Shown here in pieces: positions 28,971-39,009 of a stretch of 64,000 bases of DNA. The notes below the pieces were generated by a model. It did no database searches. It saw only the letters and a list, made by a program, of their open reading frames with translations, and was not told where the DNA came from. The stretch comes from Candidatus Nanohaloarchaea archaeon (lineage in GTDB: Archaea; Nanohalarchaeota; Nanosalinia; Nanosalinales; Nanosalinaceae), in contig JACOQA010000003.1 in assembly GCA_014297435.1 (NCBI GenBank), positions 32,001-96,000 on the forward strand, in the 5' to 3' direction. The stretch's first letter is position 1. Each line of letters begins with the position of its first letter. A program made the translations under genes and the position numbers.

Positions 28971-29281
28971 AGATATCTCGCTCCTATTATTCCCAGTATT
29001 ATCTCGACCGGTATTAATAGTGTCGGAAGACTGAAGTTGAGGGTAAGCAGTATAGCTGCGGAAGTTAAAACCAGCGATGAAACGATCATTGGATCTATAT
29101 CATAATTAAGCATCACGACCGCGATGAAAATGATCGAAAGAATCAAAGGATAGAACGGTATCGATATTTCCTGCCATCCGGGAACTGACTTTATCTTAAC
29201 CGCATCGCCTAAGATCGGGAGAGCGTAACCTTGGGACATAAAGAAGATAATAGAAAGTAGTGAAAGGGTTTTCAGCCTCAT
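28967..29281 (-). CDS. Small membrane protein
   Basis: Signal peptide plus three hydrophobic segments; ATGA overlap with the next gene. Confidence 0.7.
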   Translation of the reverse strand: MRLKTLSLLSIIFFMSQGYALPILGDAVKIKSVPGWQEISIPFYPLILSIIFIAVVMLNYDIDPMIVSSLVLTSAAILLTLNFSLPTLLIPVEIILGIIGARYL

Positions 29282-29283
29282 CC

Positions 29284-29754
29284 TTACAGACCGATTGAGG
29301 TCTTAAATTTGTGCCAAGCTTCTCCTAGGCTGCCTTCCGGCATTTTTATCTTTAGTCCAAGCTGACCTGTGTAGTTACCTGTTTCTGTTGATTTGTAGTG
29401 AAGCCTTAGCTGTTCTTGACCCTCAAGTTTCATGTTCTTTTTGTACTCAAGACCATCGCTTATGTTGCCGGTAACGTCTACGTTTAGGTACGCCGTGTTT
29501 CCCCCAGTGTCAAGATTAACAAACTTCGTTATGTTTGTTCCTAGCTGAGTTCTACCGAAGTCAAGATTGGGGTCAGCGTTTACTCCAACCGATGTATTTT
29601 CTGATCCAGATTCCACAACATTAATCGACATGTTCATCTGTTTGTTCTGAGTTTCTATCTGGGACTCTGCTGTGATCGCAACTGCCGCAGAAGCTAAAAA
29701 GGTTATAATTAGGAATCCTACGCCGACTTTTTTCCGGTCAATATTGAAATCCAT
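29284..29754 (-). CDS. Exported Ig-fold/pilin-like protein
   Basis: N-terminal signal/TM, NLDFGRTQLG, GNYTGQLGLKI. Confidence 0.75.
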   Translation of the reverse strand: MDFNIDRKKVGVGFLIITFLASAAVAITAESQIETQNKQMNMSINVVESGSENTSVGVNADPNLDFGRTQLGTNITKFVNLDTGGNTAYLNVDVTGNISDGLEYKKNMKLEGQEQLRLHYKSTETGNYTGQLGLKIKMPEGSLGEAWHKFKTSIGL

Positions 29755-29758
29755 TATA

Positions 29759-30844
29759 CTATACACCGTAATATGTTATTGAGGCTACAGTTGTTATAAG
29801 GACTGCGGCTATTGGCAGAGATACAACTGACTGGATAAACAGCAAAGTAACCCCAAGACTCCCTAAAATACCAAATATCCAGACTGCTCTAAGCTCAAAC
29901 GCGTAGAGCATAGAGGCTAAAGCCGCAAAGACTAGGGCATACATCCAAACAGGCAGACCTGGCTCAGAATTCTCACCCGTCTCTGCCGGATCTTCCACCT
30001 CAACCTTTTCCTGTATGATATCGGTAAAACTAATATCGCCCTCAATATATGCATCAGAGGTCCTATAGTCGGCCATCCCCTCAATTTCATAATTACCTCC
30101 TTCAATATTACCTCTCCAGATACCTGTAATCTCTCCAAACTCGCCCGGCTCCAACTTGACTTCATTAAAGTTTATTACCCCCTCCCTTCGTCCATTTTCA
30201 ACAACTGTGGCGTTCCCTTCCGTGATCGATGTTGTAACAGTACCTGTATTCCTCATCTGTGCGATTACTTGAACTTCATTCTCCCCTATTCTAATCCCTC
30301 TGAGATCAGCAAGTTTCACCTCTCTTTCTGCATTACCGTCCACCCTAAACACAAATCTAGGCACGGTAAGTCCAAGTGTTGAAGTCCCATAACCAGAACC
30401 TGTCGCTCTATCCAGTCGCGGGTTAAGATTGACTGTTCCAACGTGGTAGCCAGGTTCAGCATCATTTGGGATATTGAGACTGAATGTCATCTTGCCCTGC
30501 GCGTTAATTGTACCTCCCGAGTAACTGTACTCCTTGGTAGTGTTGGGGTTTATACTATAATCTTGCTGGAAATCTGCCCACGATTCAAAGTCTTCCTCCG
30601 ATACTTCATCCGGTTCAGTAAACTGTCCCGAAAATATATCCGAGACCATGGGCTTTCCCAAATTTGGTTGTAAATTGAATACGTCATCCACGTCACTCGT
30701 GACAACATAGAATGTAATGTCGAGACTTTGGCCGGGTTCAACATTACCTAAGTCTTTGAAGCCGGGAGCCACCCCAACTGAAACCGATGCTACTGTTGAG
30801 ACCATAAAGACCAATAACAGGATTACTGAAAGCTTTCTTCTCAT
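29759..30844 (-). CDS. Exported two-Ig-domain membrane-anchored protein (DUF916/WxL-interacting-like architecture)
   Basis: Signal peptide, SVGVAP..DLGNVEPG, FSLNIPNDAEPGYHVG, RNTGTV, C-terminal TM helices. Confidence 0.7.
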   Translation of the reverse strand: MRRKLSVILLLVFMVSTVASVSVGVAPGFKDLGNVEPGQSLDITFYVVTSDVDDVFNLQPNLGKPMVSDIFSGQFTEPDEVSEEDFESWADFQQDYSINPNTTKEYSYSGGTINAQGKMTFSLNIPNDAEPGYHVGTVNLNPRLDRATGSGYGTSTLGLTVPRFVFRVDGNAEREVKLADLRGIRIGENEVQVIAQMRNTGTVTTSITEGNATVVENGRREGVINFNEVKLEPGEFGEITGIWRGNIEGGNYEIEGMADYRTSDAYIEGDISFTDIIQEKVEVEDPAETGENSEPGLPVWMYALVFAALASMLYAFELRAVWIFGILGSLGVTLLFIQSVVSLPIAAVLITTVASITYYGV

Positions 30845-30932
30845 CACTGTCCAAAAATAAGAATCACCCAATTAAATAGGTTTGATCTAGTTTCCAGCAA
30901 TTTGACGTCAACCCTTGTCATCCCCACCAACC

Positions 30933-30940
30933 TTTTTATA
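30933..30940 (+). promoter_or_regulatory. TATA box (TTTTTATA) for the 31171 gene transcript
   Basis: Archaeal TATA consensus about 230 nt upstream of the ATG; SD GAGGTGA at 31160-31166. Confidence 0.5.
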
Positions 30941-31006
30941 CAAGCCCCGGGAATTCAGCTCTAGGGGAGTTTTAGCATGGGGAGAAAAACTCAAAGTGGT
31001 TGAAAC

Positions 31007-31174
31007 ATGTCAAGAAGCAAAGTAAATCGAAGAGAACTCTTCCCAGTATACAGTACCCCTAGATATTTCTCTTTTCATCCAGCTGAAGGGTTAGCTGATC
31101 AGTGTGAACCCGATTCTAGACCCTATAGGGCTGGACTCAAAACCCCCAAAAACAAAATAGAGGTGATTAAATGA
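31007..31174 (+). CDS. Possible leader ORF (55 aa, MSRSKVNRRELF...IEVIK) coupled to the downstream gene
   Basis: 55 open codons ending in an ATGA overlap with the 31171 start; atypically basic, so may be non-coding leader. Confidence 0.3.
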   Translation: MSRSKVNRRELFPVYSTPRYFSFHPAEGLADQCEPDSRPYRAGLKTPKNKIEVIK

Positions 31175-32238
31175 ACAAGAAAGTGCTTACAGCACTAGCA
31201 GTTCTTTCACTCGTAGCCATGTCTGGCTCCGCAGCTGCACAGGGAAACGAGTCATCAACAGTTGATGTTTCAGTTTCCAGCAAAGTAGCAGTTGACGTCA
31301 AGCCAGCAAGCCTAACCTACTCAGACATAGGCGTAGGAACCCAGTCAACCGCTTCAGACAGAAATTTCAAAGCTGTAGAAGTAGAGAACATCGGATCTGA
31401 GTACGTTGACAGAGTATGGGTAAACTCGACAAGTCCTAGCGATTCTCCTTTCGGATCCGGATCAGCAAGTCAGTACGATGCAGGTAACTTCCTACAGGTC
31501 AAACCTGCAAACTACTCAACTAAGTTGAGCGGAGACGATAAGGACTTCCACTACGTTAACAGGAAGGAATTTATCGCAAACGAAGATAACAACGCACAAG
31601 TACCTTCCTACATTCAGACAGACGGACAGTGGACGCTAGCAGGATCCGCAAGTACAACAGATCCAACAAACGTTTGGGTCGGCAGAATGAGGATGGGAGA
31701 CAGTAACTACTTCTTCGCAATCGGATCGGCATCCAGTAGTTGTGATACAGACAACACAGGAACACCGGTTATGAGAATTGCGAACACTCCTCAGGACGAT
31801 GACCAGATTGGTACAGTCGACTTCTCCAACAGTGGAGATGACTGGACACAGTACAACATTACGTCATCGACCACCGATTACGGTCTGACTGGTTCAGGTC
31901 CTACCGACATCAACGGAGTTAATCTATCACTTGGCACAGGAGCCAGTGAAGTCAACAGGACTTACGACGTCTTGACAGACTGTGATGACAGCAACCCACA
32001 CGTTATCAGAACTCGTTACAACGCTCAGGCTGGAGATGCATCAGATCTGACAACTGACGGAGTCAGAACGTCTTACCTACTGAGCTCAGTAGGAAACTCT
32101 GGCGGCATGCTTGAGCCAGGTAACGCAGTCACGATCAACACTGCTGTAGAAGTTCCACAGGGTGTTGCTCAAGGTAGCGTTGGACAGGGTAAGTTAACTG
32201 TCCTAATTACGGCTGACACATCTCAGACCACAAATTAA
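31171..32238 (+). CDS. Secreted beta-rich protein, putative major surface-filament subunit
   Basis: Sec signal (..SAAA|Q), strong SD, S/T/G/D/N-rich, no membrane anchor, own terminator. Confidence 0.8.
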   Translation: MNKKVLTALAVLSLVAMSGSAAAQGNESSTVDVSVSSKVAVDVKPASLTYSDIGVGTQSTASDRNFKAVEVENIGSEYVDRVWVNSTSPSDSPFGSGSASQYDAGNFLQVKPANYSTKLSGDDKDFHYVNRKEFIANEDNNAQVPSYIQTDGQWTLAGSASTTDPTNVWVGRMRMGDSNYFFAIGSASSSCDTDNTGTPVMRIANTPQDDDQIGTVDFSNSGDDWTQYNITSSTTDYGLTGSGPTDINGVNLSLGTGASEVNRTYDVLTDCDDSNPHVIRTRYNAQAGDASDLTTDGVRTSYLLSSVGNSGGMLEPGNAVTINTAVEVPQGVAQGSVGQGKLTVLITADTSQTTN

Positions 32239-32265
32239 GCTGATTAAGTCAGTCTGATCAAAACC

Positions 32266-32288
32266 ATTTTCTTTTCTTCTTTATCTTC
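32266..32288 (+). terminator. Oligo-T terminator
   Basis: TTTTCTTTTCTTCTTT pyrimidine tract just after the 31171 gene stop. Confidence 0.5.
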
Positions 32289-32354
32289 CGACTAAAGTTG
32301 AAGGACCACTGTAGAAAATCGGTTTTTTATTCAGTCTTTCTCAAATCGTTAGAT

Positions 32355-33365
32355 ATGACTAACCAATACATGGAGCTCTCGGAGGAAGAGATGGCCGAGA
32401 AGGCTGACGAGTTCCAAGAAAAAATCCGTACGATGGAGAAAGAAGTCCAGAAAGGATACATTGGGCAGGAAGACGTTATCCACAAAATCCTTCTATGCAT
32501 GGTTGCGAACGGCAACATTCTGCTTGAAGGCGTTCCCGGACTTGGAAAATCATTCCTTGTCGAGACCTTAGCACGAGTCGTAGAAGGCACAGAGATGCAT
32601 CGTATCCAGTTCACACCGGACAAACTACCTTCAGATATTGTAGGTACTGAGGCATATAACGAGGACAAAGGTTTCTACGTTGAGAAGGGACCGATCTTCG
32701 GAAACTTTATTTTGGCGGACGAGATTAACCGTGCTCCGCCGAAAGTTCAGAGTGCGATGCTTGAGGCGATGCAGGAGCACAAAGTTTCTATTGGCGATGA
32801 GACATTTCATTTACCGGAGCCTTTCTTCACTATGGCAACACAGAACCCTGTAGAACAGGGAGGAACTTATCCGCTTCCGGAGGCACAGATCGACCGATTC
32901 CTTTTCAAGATCTACTTGGATTATCCGAAGAAACATAACGAGCAGAAGATTATCGACATGAACGCAAACATAATGGACGAGGAAGACTTCGATGTTTCTC
33001 CTGTAGTCACTAAACAAGATGTGTTGGATATTCAGGATTTCTCTCAAGTTGTAACTGTTTCGGATGAGATCAAGGCTTACATCGTTGACCTTGTCGATGC
33101 TTCAAGAAATCCTGGTGACTACGGTATGGAGTACTCAGAGTACATCGATTGGGGCTGCACGCCGAGGGCTTCGATCAACCTTGCCTTAGCGGGCAGGGCG
33201 AACGCTCTCTACAACGGAAGACATTATGTCACACCAGAGGATATTCGTGCCGTAATCAAGGACGTCTTCATTCACAGAATTATTTTGAACTACGAGGGCG
33301 AAGCACAAGGACTTGAGGTAGAGGACGTTATCCAGAATATTGTTGACAGGGTTCCGGTGCGGTGA
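32355..33365 (+). CDS. moxR: MoxR-family AAA+ ATPase
   Basis: LLEGVPGLGKS, RIQFTPDKLPSDIVG, LADEINRAPPKVQSAMLEAMQE, ATQNPVEQGGTYPLPEAQIDRF. Confidence 0.96.
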   Translation: MTNQYMELSEEEMAEKADEFQEKIRTMEKEVQKGYIGQEDVIHKILLCMVANGNILLEGVPGLGKSFLVETLARVVEGTEMHRIQFTPDKLPSDIVGTEAYNEDKGFYVEKGPIFGNFILADEINRAPPKVQSAMLEAMQEHKVSIGDETFHLPEPFFTMATQNPVEQGGTYPLPEAQIDRFLFKIYLDYPKKHNEQKIIDMNANIMDEEDFDVSPVVTKQDVLDIQDFSQVVTVSDEIKAYIVDLVDASRNPGDYGMEYSEYIDWGCTPRASINLALAGRANALYNGRHYVTPEDIRAVIKDVFIHRIILNYEGEAQGLEVEDVIQNIVDRVPVR

Positions 33366-33369
33366 TACG

Positions 33370-34263
33370 ATGCCAGATGTCGAGGACTACATCTCAAGAA
33401 AAGAAATCAGGGACGAGCTAGACGCCGAAGTCAAACGGGTTTCATCACTCTTCCGCTTCGTTCTCAAATACCAGAGACACTTCCAACCGAGCGGGGTAGA
33501 GTTCTCCGGACTAAGACAGTACCTTCCTTCCGATGATGCTTCAAGGATTGACTGGAAGAACTCTGCGGGAAAGGAAGATCTGTTTGTTAAACAGTACGAG
33601 GAAGAGCTTGACATGGACATCTTCATAGTTTTTGACGCTTCAGATACAATGCTGTTCGGTACGGCAGAGAAACTGAAGTCGGAGTACGCCGCCGTGGTTT
33701 CTGCAGCACTTTCCTTTGCTTCGATTGAGGCAGGTATCAACGTTGGATTCGGGATGTGGGCTGACGGACAGCAGATCTTCATGACACCTCAAGGTGGACA
33801 CGATAGATATCAAAGAATACTGGACGAACTGACAAAGCAGAAAAATTATGGTGGAAGCTTCAACCTTGAAAATGCTATAAACGATGTTATCGGACAGATA
33901 AAAGAAAACACTGCTATATTTGTTGTCTCCGACCTGATCGATGTGGAGGGCGAATGGAAATCAAAGGTAACGCTAGCTTCGATGAAGTTCCGGCACACTA
34001 TGACAATAATGGTGAGAGACCTGAGAGATTACAAGCTTCCAGACTCCGGAAATATACGTTTCGAGTCGGCTGATGGAATGAAACAGATGGTTGTCGATAC
34101 GGGAAGTGTAAGAGAGAAATATAATGAAGAAGCCCAGAAGCAGGAAAACGCAATCGAGGAAAAAGTGGAAGGTGCTGGGTCAAGTTTTTTGAAAATCGAC
34201 ACTAGGAAGAAGTTCTCTTCAAGGTTCGCGGAGTTCTTTGACAACGACGAAGGTGAATGGTAG
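33370..34263 (+). CDS. DUF58 family protein (vWA-like MoxR partner)
   Basis: GVEFSGLRQYLPSDDASRIDWKNSA, VKQYEEE, DASDTMLFG. Confidence 0.92.
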   Translation: MPDVEDYISRKEIRDELDAEVKRVSSLFRFVLKYQRHFQPSGVEFSGLRQYLPSDDASRIDWKNSAGKEDLFVKQYEEELDMDIFIVFDASDTMLFGTAEKLKSEYAAVVSAALSFASIEAGINVGFGMWADGQQIFMTPQGGHDRYQRILDELTKQKNYGGSFNLENAINDVIGQIKENTAIFVVSDLIDVEGEWKSKVTLASMKFRHTMTIMVRDLRDYKLPDSGNIRFESADGMKQMVVDTGSVREKYNEEAQKQENAIEEKVEGAGSSFLKIDTRKKFSSRFAEFFDNDEGEW

Positions 34264-35216
34264 GAATGCAGCTAATTTTCACAGATCAGTACGCATCAAT
34301 CCTGCTCGTTATGAACGCTCTCGCCCTCCTTTTCTACTATGGAGCTAAGAAAAAGAAACGTCAGAGAGCTATGAAGTTCGGAAACTACTCGACACTTCAG
34401 AAGGTTGCAGGTAAGAACTTTCTCAAGTCAAGCAACGTTATACTGGTAACCCGGATGCTGGCGTTAACCGCTTTAATCGTAGGGCTCTCCCAACCTGTTA
34501 TAGTCCAGGAAACCATGTCCTCCAACTCAGATTATATTATTGCTATGGACTCTTCAAGCTCTATGCTTGAATCGGATCTCGAACCCACAAGATTCAGGTC
34601 ATCGAAAACAATTTCTCAGGACTTTATTTCAAGACTGTCGAACCAGACGAGGGTTGGCGCGGTAAGTTTCGCAGGAGAGGTGAATAAAGAATCAGGTTTG
34701 ACTTCTGAAAAGCAGCAGGTATCTATGGATATTGAAAACACTGAGATCGGTTCCACTGCAGGTACCGCTATCGGAGACGCACTATACACATCAAGTTCTA
34801 TGCTTCTTGAGACAAACCGTTCAAGAACCGTGATTCTGATTACGGATGGTCGTAACAACGTTGGAAGCCCTCTGAACGAGTCTGTTGAGTTTGCGAATAG
34901 TCATAACGTGGAGATTAATACTGTCGGGATAGGCGAATCAAACCGTTCGACAGAGAACTTTGGAACCGTTGATGGACAGAACGCTTCAAAAGCCGAGTTC
35001 CCTAACCTGAACGCATCTAAACTGAGAAATATATCCAACTCGACAGGAGGAGAATTTGTGACAGCCTCAAACAGTACGAGTTTAGAAAATGCTTTCCTCA
35101 GTTTTGAGCAGAAAGATGAGAGACGTCCAATATCCCGTTATTTCATCCTACTTGGCGCGGCTTTATTGCTTATCGAGTGGATTCTGGGAACAACCCGATA
35201 CAGCATCCTACCTTAA
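34257..35216 (+). CDS. BatA-like membrane vWA domain protein
   Basis: N-terminal TMs, MIDAS DSSSSM, GTAIGDAL, LITDG, C-terminal TM. Confidence 0.92.
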   Translation: MVGMQLIFTDQYASILLVMNALALLFYYGAKKKKRQRAMKFGNYSTLQKVAGKNFLKSSNVILVTRMLALTALIVGLSQPVIVQETMSSNSDYIIAMDSSSSMLESDLEPTRFRSSKTISQDFISRLSNQTRVGAVSFAGEVNKESGLTSEKQQVSMDIENTEIGSTAGTAIGDALYTSSSMLLETNRSRTVILITDGRNNVGSPLNESVEFANSHNVEINTVGIGESNRSTENFGTVDGQNASKAEFPNLNASKLRNISNSTGGEFVTASNSTSLENAFLSFEQKDERRPISRYFILLGAALLLIEWILGTTRYSILP

Positions 35217-35247
35217 ACCCTTATTTAATACCTCATAATTATGGTTC

Positions 35248-36771
35248 ATGACTGAGGAAAACACCGAGAGTCTCGAGCCAGATGAAGTCATAAAGATCGT
35301 GAAGGGAACAGTTCCAGAACTAAAGGAAGAGTTAAGAGAAGAAGATTTTTCTCATCAGCAGCTTCAAAAAATACTCAGGTCTGAGAAAGCGCTTAAAGAT
35401 CGTAAAACAGCTAAGAACTTTATTAATAAACAAATAAATGCGCTAGAAGTTAAAGAAGAACTTAATGGAGCCGAGAAAGAAATCAAGAAACTTGAGGAAC
35501 GTCTTGGTAATATAGAAGATATAGAGGGCTTTCATACAGCGGCAGAAGCATCCGATATAGACTCTGAAGAACTGCTGGAGGTTGCAAACTCCACCGTTGA
35601 AGATTTAGAGGAGTTTATAGAAACTAAAAAGATAACTCGCGACAATCTGGAAACACTTCTCAGTATTGAAAAAGATGCCAAGAACCGTAGAACAGCGATA
35701 AAACTTCTAGAAAGAAAGATAGAGAAGAGGAAAGGTGAAGAAAAACTGGAGAAAGCCGAGGAAGATCTTGAAGAATTTGAAGAAGATCTCGAGGAAATTG
35801 ATCCAGAGGAGCTTGCAGATGAAGCACTTGGCGACATACCTGAAGATTCATATGATAAGGCGAAAACGGAATCTAAAGAGGAAAGCCAATCAAAAGAGAA
35901 AACAGAAAAATCTGATAAGACGGAAGAGAGGAGTGAGGAAGAATCAGAAGAGGCCGAAGAAGCTGATGAAGAGGATTCCGATGAAAAGGAGCAAAAGGAA
36001 GAGAATCTGGAAGAAGATGAACAGGTTTCCGAGAAAGAGAAGAAGCAGGAACTTGCTGAAGACATAGACCTTCCAGAAGGTGTTAACTTGGAAGATATCA
36101 GTCTTGAGGATCTTAAGGAGCTTAAAAATGAGAAAAATGAGCGTGAACAACTTATACAGGATTTGATGGAAGAAGGTCTGAACGAAGAAGAACTGCGTAA
36201 TACTTCAACTTCTGATCTTAAGACAATCAAGGATGAGATGTCTGATAAATCGGAGAACGAAGAACAGGAAGATGAAAAGCAAGAAGAGCAGGACAGTGAA
36301 GAACTGAAAGAGGAAGCTGAGCACGATCTTGAGATGCTGATGGGCGCTGTAAAAGATTCCGAAGATGCTTCCGATGAGGACTCGGGTCCGAGCGCCATGG
36401 ACCAGCTTAGAGACGTTAAATCAAAAGTTACGAATGTTTTCAACCGCGGAAGCAATTCAGAAGAATCTGACGAACGAATCGAAGCTGAAGACGTAATCGA
36501 GCTACTAGAAGACTACCGAGAGGAAGACAAGAGAGAGGCTGCTATAAAGACAGCGCAAATCATGAAAGGTTATCTAGAATATTCTAGAGGGATAGAGAGG
36601 GAGATGACTTACAAGGAGCTTTCTGAAAACCTTGAATCTGACTCAGATGAGATGGAGAAGCTGAAAAGCTTCTTTGAAAGAATGAATACTGATCAGTACA
36701 CCGGCAATATCAGAGAAGATGATATTGGCGAGGTAATTGACTGTGCGGAAGAAGTTGTGAACTCAGGTTAA
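35248..36771 (+). CDS. Highly acidic protein with repeated E-K-x-x-K-x-R-x-T-A motif and helical C-terminal domain
   Basis: SEKALKDRKTAKNFI and IEKDAKNRRTAIKLL repeats; E/D-rich linker; C-terminal YLEYSRGIEREMTYKEL (DUF4129-like). Confidence 0.8.
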   Translation: MTEENTESLEPDEVIKIVKGTVPELKEELREEDFSHQQLQKILRSEKALKDRKTAKNFINKQINALEVKEELNGAEKEIKKLEERLGNIEDIEGFHTAAEASDIDSEELLEVANSTVEDLEEFIETKKITRDNLETLLSIEKDAKNRRTAIKLLERKIEKRKGEEKLEKAEEDLEEFEEDLEEIDPEELADEALGDIPEDSYDKAKTESKEESQSKEKTEKSDKTEERSEEESEEAEEADEEDSDEKEQKEENLEEDEQVSEKEKKQELAEDIDLPEGVNLEDISLEDLKELKNEKNEREQLIQDLMEEGLNEEELRNTSTSDLKTIKDEMSDKSENEEQEDEKQEEQDSEELKEEAEHDLEMLMGAVKDSEDASDEDSGPSAMDQLRDVKSKVTNVFNRGSNSEESDERIEAEDVIELLEDYREEDKREAAIKTAQIMKGYLEYSRGIEREMTYKELSENLESDSDEMEKLKSFFERMNTDQYTGNIREDDIGEVIDCAEEVVNSG

Positions 36772-36774
36772 AGC

Positions 36775-37296
36775 ATGAACCCTCCTAAGTATATAGAAGA
36801 TCTTGAAAGCTCTGAGAGACGAAAAAACTACTTTAAACATATTACAGTCTCTCTAAGTATAGTAGTTTCTTTTCTTATTGTCGGTCCTCTGGTTCATGAG
36901 GTCGCTCATCTGGGCGTATTAATTCTGCAGAACTGCAGCTATTCCACCAGCTTTAATCTTACTTTACTAAAAGGGATTTATGCTTCGGTAACTCCTTACT
37001 GTTCTCCCGAAACTCTTGGAGTATCGATATTTTACGCCTCGGGCTATGTGTCTACCCTCATTTTCTCCGGTCTTGCTCTCTTACCGAAAAAGTTTCGTGA
37101 ACATCTTTCAGGCATAGCTATAGGTTCAGCTCTCTCAGTACTTACAACTATAGGTTCGAAAGGCGATATCCAGAACTTATCTCAGTCAGCAGGAATCGAA
37201 AACACTATAGTCTTAATCTCGTTATTCATTATACCTGCTTTAGTTGTTAGCCTTCTTGGTGTGAAGAGAATTGTTGATCTAGAAGGGGAGGAATGA
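36775..37296 (+). CDS. Membrane zinc metallopeptidase-like protein (M50-related)
   Basis: LVHEVAHL within a TM region, later ASG and GD motifs. Confidence 0.65.
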   Translation: MNPPKYIEDLESSERRKNYFKHITVSLSIVVSFLIVGPLVHEVAHLGVLILQNCSYSTSFNLTLLKGIYASVTPYCSPETLGVSIFYASGYVSTLIFSGLALLPKKFREHLSGIAIGSALSVLTTIGSKGDIQNLSQSAGIENTIVLISLFIIPALVVSLLGVKRIVDLEGEE

Positions 37297-39009
37297 AACG
37301 CTGAAGACCCCGTAGTAGCTCAATGTCATGTAAAGCAGTATGAAAACCTCTCCCATAAGCAAGAATACGAATGGGGCTCTTGCCAGAACCGAGTCTGCAT
37401 CCATTCTATTCTTCAGTATAGCGTAAAGAGCCAGAAGGATGGTCCAGATGATCGCCACTACCGGAGGTCTATCTTCCTGCGGGATTAATCCTTCTTCAGG
37501 TGTTATGCTGAAGTTGATGTTGCTGAATGAGTATGCTCCGTCCGCACTCGACACTATCATCGTTGCGTTACAGGTTTCTGCGGAGTTTGCAGCCTTTATA
37601 GAGAGATCAAGCGAACCTGACTCGTTTATACCCAGGCTGTCGATCGTTCCTGTCTCGACCACTCCACAGTCTTCAGTGTTCTGAAATCTTGCGGTAATGT
37701 TTTGTAGAGGTTTTCTACCGGTGTTCTGGATCAGTATTGGAAGAGGTTGGGTCGCATTAGTTTTTACTGAGACGGAACTCGGAGCTTCCTGTATTGAAAC
37801 CTTTGAAGTGAAGTTATCCTGCTTCACATCTACAGTGAAGTAGTCGAGATCTAGATCTGTTTGAGGGTTCGTTGCTCTCACAGGAATAATGTATCTGCCC
37901 GGTTCTTGATCTTCTGGGGGTCTAACAAAAACTTCACGTGTAACGTTTTCTCCGGCAGAGAGATTAGCGACCTCTGCATTCCTTACCTGCCAGTCGGGTC
38001 TTGTCTCAGTTATTTCAGGTGTTATCTCAATGTCGCTAGCAGTAGCATTACCTATATTCTGTACATAGAGTTGTGCCGGAGCGAAGCTTCCCTGTGTCGC
38101 GTCATAAGAGCTATTTACAGGCTCAATATCTATTTTTAGAACCGGCGCTCTTGACTGACCGGGATTAGGATTGTCTCCTGGCGTTGGTTCAGGTACTGGC
38201 TCCGGTTCCGGTTCCGGGACCGGTGTCTCTCCAGGATTAGGATTATCTCCTTCTACAGTAGTGTTTGATTCTTCTCCGGTCTGGTTAGCGTCTTGCGGCT
38301 GGGTTACATCGCTCGTAGAGTTACCTGTTTTGTTTCCAATTGTAGCGTTTGTGTCTCCAGTATCGTTAATATCTTCAGGGGTCGGTTCACCCGTGTTGTT
38401 TGCGGTATCGGTTCCTCCGGATTCGCCTAATGTATCAAGTATAGCAAAGTTAGCGAAACCCTCGTTGCTCTTCTCTTTAACTGTATTATTTTCGAATTGG
38501 CAAGTGTAGTTAAAATCCAGCCTTCCAGTATAGTTACCTCCGCCATAATCTGTGATTGCTCGGAACTGTCTCATGTAGAAGGCTTCGGTATCTTCATCTG
38601 CAGTAACATTCGCATCCTCTGAAGTGATGTAGTGTGGTATAAAGTAGGTTTCAGAGTACTCAACAGTATCGTTTGTCTGGTTGTTTAAGGTCTGCAGACT
38701 GAGGTCTATAGGCTCTCCCGTAGGCTCACCTGGCTCCCATACATCGGGTTCCCTTGTAACTTCCATCGAAACGTTAACAGAAATGTTAGCGTTTCCAGTA
38801 TTGAATATAGTTGTGCTGAAGAATCCTTTCTCTCCAATACCCATGTAAGAAGGTTCTGTCGATGTGTTACCAGGAGACGAAATATCAGTAAAGCCTATAC
38901 TGCAAGTGCTATCTGTGGAAACACCTACGTTCGAGTCTTCGGCCGAAGCTCCAAAGCTCATCAAAACAAGTACTAGTAGCACAGCATAGGTCAGTACAGC
39001 TTTTTTCAT
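37279..39009 (-). CDS. Secreted CARDB/NPCBM-associated Ig-domain protein with Pro-Glu linker and C-terminal TMs
   Basis: Signal peptide, NTGN/NIGN motifs, PVPEPEPEPVPEPTP, many NxS/T sequons. Confidence 0.82.
   Translation of the reverse strand: MKKAVLTYAVLLVLVLMSFGASAEDSNVGVSTDSTCSIGFTDISSPGNTSTEPSYMGIGEKGFFSTTIFNTGNANISVNVSMEVTREPDVWEPGEPTGEPIDLSLQTLNNQTNDTVEYSETYFIPHYITSEDANVTADEDTEAFYMRQFRAITDYGGGNYTGRLDFNYTCQFENNTVKEKSNEGFANFAILDTLGESGGTDTANNTGEPTPEDINDTGDTNATIGNKTGNSTSDVTQPQDANQTGEESNTTVEGDNPNPGETPVPEPEPEPVPEPTPGDNPNPGQSRAPVLKIDIEPVNSSYDATQGSFAPAQLYVQNIGNATASDIEITPEITETRPDWQVRNAEVANLSAGENVTREVFVRPPEDQEPGRYIIPVRATNPQTDLDLDYFTVDVKQDNFTSKVSIQEAPSSVSVKTNATQPLPILIQNTGRKPLQNITARFQNTEDCGVVETGTIDSLGINESGSLDLSIKAANSAETCNATMIVSSADGAYSFSNINFSITPEEGLIPQEDRPPVVAIIWTILLALYAILKNRMDADSVLARAPFVFLLMGEVFILLYMTLSYYGVFSVSFLPF
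38160..38250 (-). repeat. Low-complexity PEPE/GDNPNPG coding repeat
   Basis: GDNPNPG duplicated around a (PE)n tract. Confidence 0.6.

Noticed and set aside
35532-36455. 307-aa Ser-rich antisense ORF and similar Ser/Phe-rich ORFs (e.g. 19377-19805, 25327-25764)
   Set aside because: Antisense artefacts of Glu/Lys-rich (GAA/GAG/AAG) coding strands
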